Positions 17,177 through 26,858 of a stretch of 64,000 bases of DNA are shown here, piece after piece. The notes beneath the pieces were generated by a model. It ran no database searches. It was given only the letters and a program-made list of their open reading frames with translations, and had not been told where the DNA came from. The DNA is taken from the IMG/VR virus record IMGVR_UViG_3300033993_000240; one strand, given 5' to 3'. Within the stretch, counting starts at the first letter, position 1; each line of letters starts with the position of its first letter. Both the position numbers and the translations under genes were made by a program. Origin of the DNA: an uncultured virus (IMG/VR IMGVR_UViG_3300033993_000240) (Duplodnaviria > Heunggongvirae > Uroviricota > Caudoviricetes).

Positions 17177-18083
17177 TCCAGTCACAGCCCTAGTTGTTGG
17201 TGGAAGCCAACTTATCGGAAGTTCAATGCAGGCCAGCGCAGCTGGTGATGCAGCAGCCGTTCAATCTGGTGCAGCAGAAGCAGGAATCGCAGAACAACGC
17301 AGGCAATTTGAAGCCATGCGTGAATTGCTAAAACCCTACACAGAGGCAGGAGTTCCTGCTCTTAAAGGCTTGCAACCATACGCTGAGGCAGGAGCGCCAG
17401 CACTTGAGCAACAGCAGGCTTTGCTTGGACTGCGTGGGCCAGAAGCCCAGCGTGCAGCCATTGCAGGCATTGAAGGTGGTGCTGGATACCAAGCACAAGT
17501 TCAAGCCGGTGAAGAAGCATTGCTCCAGCGTGCATCGGCCACTGGTGGCTTACGTGGTGGAAACATCCAAGCCGCACTTGGCCAATTCAGACCGCAATTG
17601 TTGCAACAAGAGATTGAAAGACAATATGGTCGATTGGGTGGCATGGCCGACATTGGTCGTGTCACACAGCAGAACTTGGCCCAGATCGGTCAGTCCTCAG
17701 CAGCTGGTACTGGATCGGCAGGATTGCAAACAGGCACTAACGTGGCCAATCTGTTATCACAGCAAGGTGCAGCCCTAGCCGGTGGAGAACTTGGTGAGGC
17801 AAAGGCTTATGGCCAATTGTTCAATCTGCCAGCTCAGTTCCTTGGTATGCAAATGGGTGGAGGAAAAGCTGGAGGTTTTGGAAACTTATTCAGTGATATT
17901 CGTCTCAAAAAGAACATCAAGAAAATCAGCACACGCAATGATGGATTGAACGTTTACGAGTTTGATTACATTTGGGGTGGTGGCCGTCAAATCGGCCTTA
18001 TGGCACAGGAAGTGCAAGGCGTGTATCCAGACGCTGTGTCTGAATCTGGTGGCTATTTGATGGTCAACTACAGCAAGGTCTGA
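17169..18083 (+). CDS. DNA ejection/transfer protein (P22 gp7-like) with C-terminal peptidase S74 domain
   Basis: Gly/Ala/Gln-rich; L.PY..AG, ASATGGLRGGN; C-terminal FSDIRLKKNI...GLMAQEV..VYPDAV...YLMVNY. Confidence 0.75.
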   Translation: MPDPVTALVVGGSQLIGSSMQASAAGDAAAVQSGAAEAGIAEQRRQFEAMRELLKPYTEAGVPALKGLQPYAEAGAPALEQQQALLGLRGPEAQRAAIAGIEGGAGYQAQVQAGEEALLQRASATGGLRGGNIQAALGQFRPQLLQQEIERQYGRLGGMADIGRVTQQNLAQIGQSSAAGTGSAGLQTGTNVANLLSQQGAALAGGELGEAKAYGQLFNLPAQFLGMQMGGGKAGGFGNLFSDIRLKKNIKKISTRNDGLNVYEFDYIWGGGRQIGLMAQEVQGVYPDAVSESGGYLMVNYSKV

Positions 18084-18093
18084 GGATAACAAC

Positions 18094-19476
18094 ATGGCAA
18101 TAAATCCATTCCAAGCACCTATCAACTACGCAGTCGATGTGCAAAGCCCATTTGAGGCAGTACTCAGTGGCTTCAAAATTGGCCAAGCTGGTGCGGAAGC
18201 ACAAGCAAAATCACAAGCACTTGAGCAAGCAAGGGCAGCTCAAACAGAACTGACAGCTTTGTTTAAAAATCCAAAGGCAACAGCCACAGACTTTGCGCGT
18301 GTATCTGCCATGCTTCCAAAAGATCAAGCCGAGAATGTTCGCAAATCATTTGAGCTAATGTCATCTTCTCAACAGCAAAACCGGCTGCAACAGTCTGGCC
18401 AAGTCTATACAGCATTGAAATCTGGCCAACCTGATATTGCAAAGACCTTGCTAAAAAATCAAGTAGATGCATTCCGAAATTCAGGCCGTGAAGATGAAGC
18501 AAAGGCAACAGAAACCTATTTGCAACTGATCGATGTAAATCCTACTGGATCGCAGGCCACCATTGGACTAATGATGGCCACTTTGCCTGGTGGCAAGGAA
18601 GTTCTCGAAAACATCGACAAAACTTTATCGACAGGTAGAGAAGAAGCCAAAGCACCATCTGCATTGCTTGAAGCCAGAGCAAAGGCTGACAAAGCCGTGG
18701 CAGATGCCACCACAGCTCAAGCTACTGCCGGAAACGCAGCAGAAAAGGCAGTAGCTGACGCAGCCAAAGCAATGGCTGACGCACAAAAAGCGCAGGTCGA
18801 GGCCAAGTACGCAGAACAAATCACACTGGCAGACATCAAGAAAAAGGCCGCTGATCTTAATCTTACGCAAGCGCAAACTGGATCGGCATTGGCACAGACC
18901 AAAAAACTTGGTGTGGAAAGTCAAAAAGCCGCACTTGAGTTGGAAGCACTCAAAGCCACTGGCGGCCTTGATCCAACCAAAACATTTGAGCAAGAAGAAA
19001 AACTGCGCAAAGAATTCCAAGGCCGCACTAAGGTCTATGGCGAACTGGGCACCACATACAACAACATCAAGTCTTCAGCAGAAGCCAAGAATGGACCAGG
19101 CGACATTGCACTGATCACCGGATTCATGAAAATGCTCGATCCAGGCTCAGTGGTGCGTGAGACAGAATTTGCAACAGCACGCGATACCGCAGGCCTGTAC
19201 GAAAGACTGCTCAACACATCACAGAAACTGCAAAGCGGTCAGCTCTTTGCGCTTGATTCAAAACAGCGTCAAGAATATGTCAATCTAGCCAAGCAATATC
19301 TGGATTCAGCTCAGAAAAAAGCAGGCGAAGACAAGAAGGCGCTTGGCGTGGTTGTCAAAAACTACCGACTCAATCCTGACAACGTGTTTGGCCCAGAGGA
19401 CGTAGGTGGCGGTGCTGGTCGTGGATCAGTTAATCCTCCTGCTGCTGGACCACGCACTGTGACGGTGGATTACTAA
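18094..19476 (+). CDS. DNA ejection protein (gp20-position)
   Basis: Ala/Gln coiled coils; GDIALI..FMKMLDPGSVVRETEF motif. Confidence 0.7.
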   Translation: MAINPFQAPINYAVDVQSPFEAVLSGFKIGQAGAEAQAKSQALEQARAAQTELTALFKNPKATATDFARVSAMLPKDQAENVRKSFELMSSSQQQNRLQQSGQVYTALKSGQPDIAKTLLKNQVDAFRNSGREDEAKATETYLQLIDVNPTGSQATIGLMMATLPGGKEVLENIDKTLSTGREEAKAPSALLEARAKADKAVADATTAQATAGNAAEKAVADAAKAMADAQKAQVEAKYAEQITLADIKKKAADLNLTQAQTGSALAQTKKLGVESQKAALELEALKATGGLDPTKTFEQEEKLRKEFQGRTKVYGELGTTYNNIKSSAEAKNGPGDIALITGFMKMLDPGSVVRETEFATARDTAGLYERLLNTSQKLQSGQLFALDSKQRQEYVNLAKQYLDSAQKKAGEDKKALGVVVKNYRLNPDNVFGPEDVGGGAGRGSVNPPAAGPRTVTVDY

Positions 19477-19477
19477 T

Positions 19478-21898
19478 ATGGCCTACTCCATCACGACCAA
19501 AGATGGCATCACCATCAATAACATCCCTGATGATGTTGCACCAGACTCACCCGATCTAAAAGCTCGGGTGGCTGCAATTCGTGCCGGTGGTGGCACAGCA
19601 GCTTTAGAAGCACCAGCTGCAACCCCAGCACAGCCAAAGCCAATGGGATTTTTAGAAAGCATTGCCGAATCGGTCACTGGCCGCGCTCGCGCAACGCCTG
19701 AGACCCAAGCATTGCCTGAGTGGACAAGCATGCCAGAGCTGAATCAAATGAGCGTGGCATCGTTCAAAACTGCTTTGGGCACACTCATGAGCAACCCCAA
19801 GGAAACGGTGCAGATTCTGCAAGCCAACTTCCCTGGCGTTCAAGTTCGACAAGATGCCAAGGGCAACTACCTGATGCGCTCGTCGGTCGATCAAAAAGAG
19901 TATGCGATTCCACCAGGCTTCACGATGGGTGACATCCCACGCGCAGTTGGTGGCATTGCAGCCTTCACGCCAGCAGGCCGAGCTGCAACCATTCCTGGTG
20001 CAATCGTGGCTGGTGGAGCAACTCAAGCGGCCATCGAAGCGACCCAAGCTGGAACTGGTGGTAAGTTCGACACTGGCGAGGTGGTCACAGCCGCAGCAAC
20101 AGGCCCAGCAGGGCAGATTCTGCAACGTGTGGCACCTCCGGTCGTGCAAGCGGTCAAAAAGGGCGTACAGCGCGTCACAGGCAAAGCACCAGCACCTGCG
20201 CCAGCAGCAGGCGCACCAGGCGCTCCAATGGGCACAGCAATGGCACCAGAAGCGCCTGCGCCAGCACCGATGGCCGCAGCAATGCCAGAGGTAGCACCAG
20301 CAGTTCCAGAGATTCCAGTTGCACCGGCTGCACCAGCAGTGGCACCAGTCGTGGCAGAAGTGGCCGAGGAAGAAGTTGGAAAACTGGTCAAGCAGGCAGC
20401 AGGCACAGGTTTTGGCTCGGCTGGCGCACGCGACCGGCTGGCCGATCTTGCCCAAGTCAATGTGGCGGCCAAGGAAGCAGCCGATCGACTTGGCATTCAA
20501 CTGCCTGCCGATGTGTTCAGCGACAACCCACAAGTCCGAGCAGCCGCAGGCTTGACACGATCAGCTGCAGGCACTGAGGCCGAGGCAGCATGGCGCAACA
20601 CCATCACACAGGCCGTGGACAAGGCCGACGATGTGATTAAGCAATTCGATGCCACATTCGTCGAGGGTGCAGTAGCACCAGGCGTGGTGTCGCAAAAGAT
20701 CAAGGATTCGCTGACCAAGACTCGTTCAGACCTCAATGCGCAGGCCGGAAAGGTCTACAACGCAGTCGACGAGGTAGTGCCCAAGACATCGGTGGTCGAT
20801 CTGCCAAAACTCAAAGAAACCCTCGACACCGTCAAGGCTGAAGTGGGCGAGAAAGGAATGTCGGCAGCCGAGCGCAACTTGGCCAAGATGATCGAGGAAG
20901 GCAACATCACATATGGCCGACTCAAGCGTGAGAAAACCCTGATTGGAAACGCCATCAACAAGATGGAGTCTCCATACGGCAGCATGGCCGAGGCAGACCT
21001 CAAGCGCCTGTATGCGGCACTCGCTGACGACCAGCTGACAAACGTGGGCAACATTGGTGGCGAGGAACTGCGCCAGCAACTGCGTGCAGCTAACCTGCTG
21101 TATGCCAAAGAGCGTGCCTTGGGCAAGCGCATCGTGAATGCATTTGGTCAAGACATCGAGGGCAGCGTGGCCAACAAGATGCGCACTGCCATCACAGGCG
21201 CGGCCAAGGGTGATGCAGGCGAGTTCAACCGTCTGCTAAAAACCGTCCCAGAAGACCTGCGCAAAGAGACGCTGGCCACTGCACTGGCGTCCGTCACACG
21301 CTCGGCCAGAGGCGCTGAAAAGGGTGGATTTGGATTCTCAGAGTTTGCCGACATCTACCCCAAGCTGCGTGCCAACCCACCAGTCTATAAAACGATTGTG
21401 GACACGCTGGGCAAAGACTCGGCAGATGTGTTGCGCGACCTATTCGAGGTCTCCAAGCGCGTCACAGAGGCTAGAGCCAATGTCCTGACTACCGGCAAAG
21501 CAAATCAAGCACTGCTGCAAGGCATGCAGGCCGAGAGCCTCATCGGTAAGGTTATGGAGAGCACGCTGTCCAAAGGCGCATTGACTGGCGCAGCCGCAAT
21601 GGGTGGCCCTATTGCAGCCGCAGCCACATCAATAATCACCGGAGCCATGACTCAAGGCAACAAAGATTCACTCAAGGCAGCAGGAAAACTGTTCGCTGAC
21701 GAGAACTTTCAGAAACTTGCCATTGAAGCCGCGACAAAGGGAACGCCCAGCGCAGCTAGCATTCGTCGCACAGCCATGTCACAATCCTTCCAGAAATTTG
21801 CAGATGCAGCTAAACTGCCAAAAGCATTGGATGCAAGGATTCAGTGGTTGCAGACAGCAACTCAAGCCGAGCGACAATTCGACCAGGAGAACCAATAA
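19478..21898 (+). CDS. Large DNA ejection protein (gp16-position)
   Basis: 806 aa Ala-rich; third gene of the trio before the tailspike. Confidence 0.7.
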   Translation: MAYSITTKDGITINNIPDDVAPDSPDLKARVAAIRAGGGTAALEAPAATPAQPKPMGFLESIAESVTGRARATPETQALPEWTSMPELNQMSVASFKTALGTLMSNPKETVQILQANFPGVQVRQDAKGNYLMRSSVDQKEYAIPPGFTMGDIPRAVGGIAAFTPAGRAATIPGAIVAGGATQAAIEATQAGTGGKFDTGEVVTAAATGPAGQILQRVAPPVVQAVKKGVQRVTGKAPAPAPAAGAPGAPMGTAMAPEAPAPAPMAAAMPEVAPAVPEIPVAPAAPAVAPVVAEVAEEEVGKLVKQAAGTGFGSAGARDRLADLAQVNVAAKEAADRLGIQLPADVFSDNPQVRAAAGLTRSAAGTEAEAAWRNTITQAVDKADDVIKQFDATFVEGAVAPGVVSQKIKDSLTKTRSDLNAQAGKVYNAVDEVVPKTSVVDLPKLKETLDTVKAEVGEKGMSAAERNLAKMIEEGNITYGRLKREKTLIGNAINKMESPYGSMAEADLKRLYAALADDQLTNVGNIGGEELRQQLRAANLLYAKERALGKRIVNAFGQDIEGSVANKMRTAITGAAKGDAGEFNRLLKTVPEDLRKETLATALASVTRSARGAEKGGFGFSEFADIYPKLRANPPVYKTIVDTLGKDSADVLRDLFEVSKRVTEARANVLTTGKANQALLQGMQAESLIGKVMESTLSKGALTGAAAMGGPIAAAATSIITGAMTQGNKDSLKAAGKLFADENFQKLAIEAATKGTPSAASIRRTAMSQSFQKFADAAKLPKALDARIQWLQTATQAERQFDQENQ

Positions 21899-24394
21899 AT
21901 GTCCCCACTTTCGATTCAAGTTCCTTTTCCAGTCTTTCAAGACCGTGATGGACAGCCACTGGATAATGGTTATGTCTGGATTGGTGAGCCAAACCTTAAC
22001 CCTCAGACCAATCCTGTCGTAGCCTACTATGATGCTACGCTGACTATCCCAGCAGTACAACCATTACGAACAATCAATGGCTACATTTCACGTGCAGGAA
22101 CACCGGCTCAAGTCTATGTGAATGGCGTGAACTACAGCATCTTGGTACAAGATAGCAAAGGGACGATGGTTTACAACTTTCCAAATGGAACTGGAATAGC
22201 CCCAGATGCTTGTGGAGTAACTTACGATCCTCCATTTACTGGCGCTGTTCCATATCCTGTTTGCGAGAAACTTGAGCAAGTCGTAAGTGTCAAAGACTTT
22301 GGCGCTGTTGGTGATGGCACAACAGACGATTTTGATGCTATTCAAGCAGCAAATGATGCTGCACAAACAGCAGGTGCTTCACTTTACTTTCCAAGTGGTG
22401 TTTATGCTATCAACCCAAATGCGGCTAATGCAGCATTAAACCAAACCACATCTTGGTTTGCTAATAATGATGCAACAATTTTGCGTCTTGATTTTGGCTC
22501 AACAGTTGCATTTAACACAGTACAACAATTCAATCAAACTGGATTGATGTTGCGTGGGCTAACTTTTGATGGTCAAGTTACAACAGCTTCAACGCCAACA
22601 ATACCAAATAACGATCCAGCAATCGGGACTTATGTTGCATCAGGCGATAGTACAAGCGAGGATTTTTGGTCAAAGCCTTATGGTGTTTGTTTGCGAGGCG
22701 CACAATACGCCATCATTGAAAACTGCACATTTAAAAACTTTATTCGTGCTGGCTTAAGAATTGACAACCAGTTTGAAGCAACAAGGCAGTGTACTAATAT
22801 CAAAATTTCAAACTGCCATGCCCAACGCAATCGGGGCGTGTATGGCGATGGATTTTATTTTGGTGGTGTTCAAAACTTAAGTGTTACAGATTGCACATCA
22901 TACGATTACCAACGAATTGCGTTTGTTTTGGAATTTGGAAGTGTCACTTATGGCGCTATTCCAGGTCATGTGCGTTACGAAAATTGTTATGCTGAACTTG
23001 GACACGATGGCATTGTTCCTGAATCTAATTTCGGTTGGTGGACTGAAGCTGGCCAAGACATTGTGCATACCAATTGCCAAGTGTATTCATCTGGCGCTGG
23101 ATTTTTAGCGTCAGGAAATTTTATTAACGCAAGCCAATCGTTTACTTCATACCACTCGTATGTTAATTGTTCGGCAATTAGAGTTTATCGATTCTTGCGA
23201 CTAATTGGTGGTTTAACAAATTCAACATCAGTTGATGTTGATAATTGTTTTGGACAATGTATAGGTGGTGACACATCTCCTCTTGCGCCAATTGGAAGCG
23301 CAATCGCAGTTGGTTATGGGAATGGTGTATGGTTGCAAGCTGATACGGCTGCTGGTGCAAGTCATACTGTTACATACAACATTACCAACACCAAGATGGA
23401 GATGATTGATTTTGGTGCGCTTTCGCCAGCAAACACACAATGGTCAGCACTTCAAGTTGCAAACACTATTCCAGCATTAACGGCAACAGCAAAACAATTT
23501 CAAGTAAACATTTCAGGTTTTCAATCACAATGGCTGACCAATACTGGCGCAACAGATACGGCAGCACTAACTGTTTTTGAAACTTGTGCAACTGGAAAGT
23601 TTGGAGATATATCAGTACAAGGTTTGCTTGATTATGGTGGTGCAATAGATGCACGAACTAGGCTTGAAATGAATATTTCCAATTCCGCAAATGTGTCTTT
23701 TGGATACATTATGGGATCGTTTCAAATGTTGGATGGTTCAGAATTAAGAATTAACAACACTAATGCTTGTTTACGCAAGCCCACCAACGGAACATCTGAT
23801 GGGTCTTTGTTTGTATCTAATTGCAAACTGTTTGATTACAGGGGTGATATTCGTTTCCCAAAAGGATGGTGGATTGATAATTGTGTAATTGCAGACGCAA
23901 ATCCATCTTCTATTGATCGGTCTACGATACTGATTGGATTGCAACCTGAATCAACAATCCCAAGAAAAATTACAAATTGTGAAATTCAAAAACAACTTCG
24001 TTTTGACATAGAAGGTGGCCCGACTAATACCGAATACAGGTTACGCCTAATGTTTGTAAACAATCGTTGGTACTTGCCTTTTACAACCGAAAGCGGTTTG
24101 CTTTTATTACAAGGCGACCCATTATTTGCACAAATAATGATGTCAAACAATGCGTTTATGAATGATGGAACTGGATCAATGGCGGCAACCGCCAGCATGA
24201 TTCAATGCGATCAATTATCAACATCAAGAATTTTGTTTACGGGCGCAGGGAACGCATTTGATTCGGCAATGGTTACTGCTGGTGGACACGTTGTTCAGGT
24301 TAATACAACCCCTACATATAACGATGCCCCTCAAACTGTGGCTCTGCCCTTTAACACAGTGTTTGGCGCATTGGTGCAGTTTTACCCAATCTAA
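21899..24394 (+). CDS. Tailspike: head-binding N-terminal domain + beta-helix depolymerase
   Basis: FQDRDGQPLDNGYVWIG..N..P; VSVKDFGAVGDG.TDD..AIQAA...LYFPSGVY; repeated I.NC motifs; lower GC. Confidence 0.85.
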   Translation: MSPLSIQVPFPVFQDRDGQPLDNGYVWIGEPNLNPQTNPVVAYYDATLTIPAVQPLRTINGYISRAGTPAQVYVNGVNYSILVQDSKGTMVYNFPNGTGIAPDACGVTYDPPFTGAVPYPVCEKLEQVVSVKDFGAVGDGTTDDFDAIQAANDAAQTAGASLYFPSGVYAINPNAANAALNQTTSWFANNDATILRLDFGSTVAFNTVQQFNQTGLMLRGLTFDGQVTTASTPTIPNNDPAIGTYVASGDSTSEDFWSKPYGVCLRGAQYAIIENCTFKNFIRAGLRIDNQFEATRQCTNIKISNCHAQRNRGVYGDGFYFGGVQNLSVTDCTSYDYQRIAFVLEFGSVTYGAIPGHVRYENCYAELGHDGIVPESNFGWWTEAGQDIVHTNCQVYSSGAGFLASGNFINASQSFTSYHSYVNCSAIRVYRFLRLIGGLTNSTSVDVDNCFGQCIGGDTSPLAPIGSAIAVGYGNGVWLQADTAAGASHTVTYNITNTKMEMIDFGALSPANTQWSALQVANTIPALTATAKQFQVNISGFQSQWLTNTGATDTAALTVFETCATGKFGDISVQGLLDYGGAIDARTRLEMNISNSANVSFGYIMGSFQMLDGSELRINNTNACLRKPTNGTSDGSLFVSNCKLFDYRGDIRFPKGWWIDNCVIADANPSSIDRSTILIGLQPESTIPRKITNCEIQKQLRFDIEGGPTNTEYRLRLMFVNNRWYLPFTTESGLLLLQGDPLFAQIMMSNNAFMNDGTGSMAATASMIQCDQLSTSRILFTGAGNAFDSAMVTAGGHVVQVNTTPTYNDAPQTVALPFNTVFGALVQFYPI

Positions 24395-24403
24395 GGAATT
24401 CAA

Positions 24404-24748
24404 ATGACAATTGCACCAGTTTGGAAAATCACAGGGACACAAGTTCTAAACGACAACGACAAAGAAAATGTTGTTTCGATAGTTGAATATCAAATATCAG
24501 CCACAAAAAATGGTAAGGCTTTTAGCTATTCATCAAACGTAAAAATTGAATACGCTGACGGCAATTTTATAGAGTTTGAAAATTTGTCTGAATCCCAAAT
24601 GTTAGATTGGGTGTGGCAAAGTTTGGGTAGTGAAAAAGACAAAATTTTGAACAGAATGGAAGAAGAATTGGATAAGCAACCAGTAACGCCAATAACGAAT
24701 ATTAAGCCTGTTAGCTTAATGCCACCTTGGGTTAAGGTTTCGCTATGA
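24404..24748 (+). CDS. Tail-fibre-associated protein (114 aa)
   Basis: F.EFE.L.E.Q.L.WV...LG and terminal PPW; unit A only. Confidence 0.65.
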   Translation: MTIAPVWKITGTQVLNDNDKENVVSIVEYQISATKNGKAFSYSSNVKIEYADGNFIEFENLSESQMLDWVWQSLGSEKDKILNRMEEELDKQPVTPITNIKPVSLMPPWVKVSL

Positions 24749-24918
24749 TTCAGTCTGTTGGTATGTCTGACATTCAGTTCACTGATGCTAGAAATGCATC
24801 TGATTTTCATAAAGTATTGAAAATTAAATCTCGCCTGTTCAATCTTGATAATTCAGAAATTTTTGAAAATCAAGTTGCACAATCTGTTATCGTCAACTTG
24901 CCTTGGGTAAAGGAATAA
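24745..24918 (+). CDS. Small protein (57 aa) ending LPWVKE
   Basis: ATGA overlap; fills the gap; C-terminus resembles the previous gene. Confidence 0.5.
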   Translation: MIQSVGMSDIQFTDARNASDFHKVLKIKSRLFNLDNSEIFENQVAQSVIVNLPWVKE

Positions 24919-24921
24919 ATC

Positions 24922-25407
24922 ATGTTAAAAACCGTAGGACTTGTAATTCCTAGCGGAAGCGTTGTGCAGGTAAAGACTGCAGTTTACGCACCTAATTCGC
25001 TTCCAAATTTGTACACTGGCACAAACAGTGATGCGCTTTATTACAATCCAGCATTTGACCAAACCGTAACTGGACTGACCGCAGGAAACACATTAGTTGT
25101 AATTGCTATGGGTGGCGGTCTTTTGTTAAATGGTTCAGGTGATTCTTTTGTTCCATTTTTGCAAATTGATGGTTCAGATTTTCAATGCGGTCAAGTTTAT
25201 TACAACGCTGGATCAAGTTTTGTTGCTGTTCAGGCCGCAAAATCAAGCCTTTCTAGCAGTAGTGTGACTGTTAAATTTGGTGGGTTTAGTAGATATGACA
25301 CCCGAACCCCAATAATGGATTTGCGTAACTCTACAAGTAACGAAGGGGGTGGTAATGGTGCTCTTGGTGGTCAATTCCGTTGGACTTTTATTGAGGTGAA
25401 AGCATGA
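24922..25407 (+). CDS. Putative tail fibre-tip/receptor-binding protein (161 aa)
   Basis: GSVVQV...FIEV pattern; MLKTV start shared with 56001..56558. Confidence 0.55.
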   Translation: MLKTVGLVIPSGSVVQVKTAVYAPNSLPNLYTGTNSDALYYNPAFDQTVTGLTAGNTLVVIAMGGGLLLNGSGDSFVPFLQIDGSDFQCGQVYYNAGSSFVAVQAAKSSLSSSSVTVKFGGFSRYDTRTPIMDLRNSTSNEGGGNGALGGQFRWTFIEVKA

Positions 25408-25634
25408 GTAATTTTGCAACAGCAGCAGATGCACTAAGGATCGACCGCAATCATTTGCTTGCGGCTACTGATCGCTACATGATTCAAGATTGGCCTTTAA
25501 CAGCCTCGCAGAAAACTGAGCTTTTGACATATCGTCAAGCATTGCGCGATCTGCCTTCCAGTGTGACACCAGAGCTTGATGAAAATTATCAGCTGATTGG
25601 TTTTGAGTGGCCTCAAAAGCCGTCTTTTATTTAA
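25404..25634 (+). CDS. Tail fibre assembly chaperone
   Basis: LR..RN.LL..TD....DWP...YRQALRDLP...WP.KP. Confidence 0.75.
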   Translation: MSNFATAADALRIDRNHLLAATDRYMIQDWPLTASQKTELLTYRQALRDLPSSVTPELDENYQLIGFEWPQKPSFI

Positions 25635-25643
25635 GGAGTCATC

Positions 25644-25997
25644 ATGTCAACAAATTCACAAATTGCATTCACCCCCCTTGGTAAGACCATTGCAGTGGCA
25701 GCTGCTGGCACTGCCCCAACTGGTGTCCAAGCTCCTGTCTATGCCAAGTTTGATCCTCAAAACACAGGTCAGTATCGCTTCATCAATGCAGGCACAACCA
25801 CTGTGTTTTTAGGCACTGGCCCGACTGCTGCATTGGCTCAGACTGCTTCCGTTGCTCCAGTTGCTGGAACGCCTTCGGATGCAATCGTCCTAGTGCCTGG
25901 CGCTGTTGAAATCTTGCGCTTCAACAAAGACACATTCTTCAGTGGTCTGTCTAGCTCGGCAGCTACTGTTTACGTCACGCCAGGCCAAGGCCTCTAA
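25644..25997 (+). CDS. Small structural protein (117 aa)
   Basis: Conserved in unit B; ends VYVTPGQGL. Confidence 0.7.
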   Translation: MSTNSQIAFTPLGKTIAVAAAGTAPTGVQAPVYAKFDPQNTGQYRFINAGTTTVFLGTGPTAALAQTASVAPVAGTPSDAIVLVPGAVEILRFNKDTFFSGLSSSAATVYVTPGQGL

Positions 25998-26014
25998 TCG
26001 TGGAGACTGACGTT

Positions 26015-26230
26015 ATGGCAGTAGAAGGAAACGAGATCGACCTTGTCAAATATGGCGTGCTCTGGCAAAAAGTTCAGGACATGGACAAAAAAATGGACAA
26101 GGTCGAGCGCCAGCTCGAAGAACTGGTGGCTTTGGCCAACAAAGGTCGTGGAGGCCTTTGGTTTGGCATGACCATTGTTTCTGGCGTCTCTGCCGTGGTC
26201 GGTTATCTTCTAAACTATTGGAAACATTGA
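26015..26230 (+). CDS. Coiled-coil + C-terminal TM protein (XhlA/holin-like, 71 aa)
   Basis: LANKGRGGLWFG followed by a TM helix; conserved in unit B. Confidence 0.65.
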   Translation: MAVEGNEIDLVKYGVLWQKVQDMDKKMDKVERQLEELVALANKGRGGLWFGMTIVSGVSAVVGYLLNYWKH

Positions 26231-26367
26231 GATGTTTACTTGCGATTGTTTTAACACTATCGCAAGTGTCATCAACTGAATATAGGTGCGTCCGATGGGC
26301 ATGGACCGGTGATGTTTTTAATCGCAAAGTAGTATGCCTTGAGTGGAAAAAGGTAGAGCGAAAATGA
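26227..26367 (+). CDS. Small putatively secreted two-Cys peptide (46 aa)
   Basis: TTG start overlapping the upstream stop; hydrophobic leader then YRCVRWAWTGDVFNRKVVCLEW; frame kept in unit B. Confidence 0.6.
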   Translation: MRCLLAIVLTLSQVSSTEYRCVRWAWTGDVFNRKVVCLEWKKVERK

Positions 26368-26858
26368 TCGATCCCATTACAGCCCTAGCAGGACTACAAA
26401 GTGCAATCAGCGTAGTCAAAAAAGCCAGCAAGGTCGCAAATGATCTTGCTGGTTTAGCTCCGTCTATTGCCAAGATGTTTGATGCCAAAAGCGTGGCCAC
26501 CAAAGCAATGGTGGAAGCCAAACGCTCTGGCAACAAATCAAACCTTGGCACAGCCTTACAAATTGAGATGGCGCTCGATGAGGCCAAGCGCTTCGAGGCC
26601 GAGTTGATGATGTTGTTTCAAGCCACTGGCCGCGCTGACGTATGGCAAAAGATCAAAGAGCGCCAGCAGCAAATGGACATTGAAGACGCACATCTGGCGC
26701 GTCAAGCCAAAGAAGAAGAAAAAAAGCGCAAAGAAGCTGAGGCCGAGCAACTGGAGTGGGCAGTTGCGATTGTTGTGATCGTGATGCTCATTGGCGCTAT
26801 TGGTTGGGGAATCAATGAGGTTGCTGAGTTGTGCGCTAAGACACGCTGTGGGCGATGA
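26364..26858 (+). CDS. Coiled-coil membrane protein (164 aa)
   Basis: MIDPITALA start; C-terminal TM; conserved in unit B. Confidence 0.7.
   Translation: MIDPITALAGLQSAISVVKKASKVANDLAGLAPSIAKMFDAKSVATKAMVEAKRSGNKSNLGTALQIEMALDEAKRFEAELMMLFQATGRADVWQKIKERQQQMDIEDAHLARQAKEEEKKRKEAEAEQLEWAVAIVVIVMLIGAIGWGINEVAELCAKTRCGR

Noticed and set aside
20170..20360. GCACCA-rich quasi-repeats as an array or DGR-type repeat
   Set aside because: They encode Pro/Ala linkers; no constant repeat-spacer structure and no reverse transcriptase
21899..25634. Invertible or DGR-diversified tail cassette
   Set aside because: No invertase, reverse transcriptase, inverted crossover sites or adenine-specific repeat pair seen
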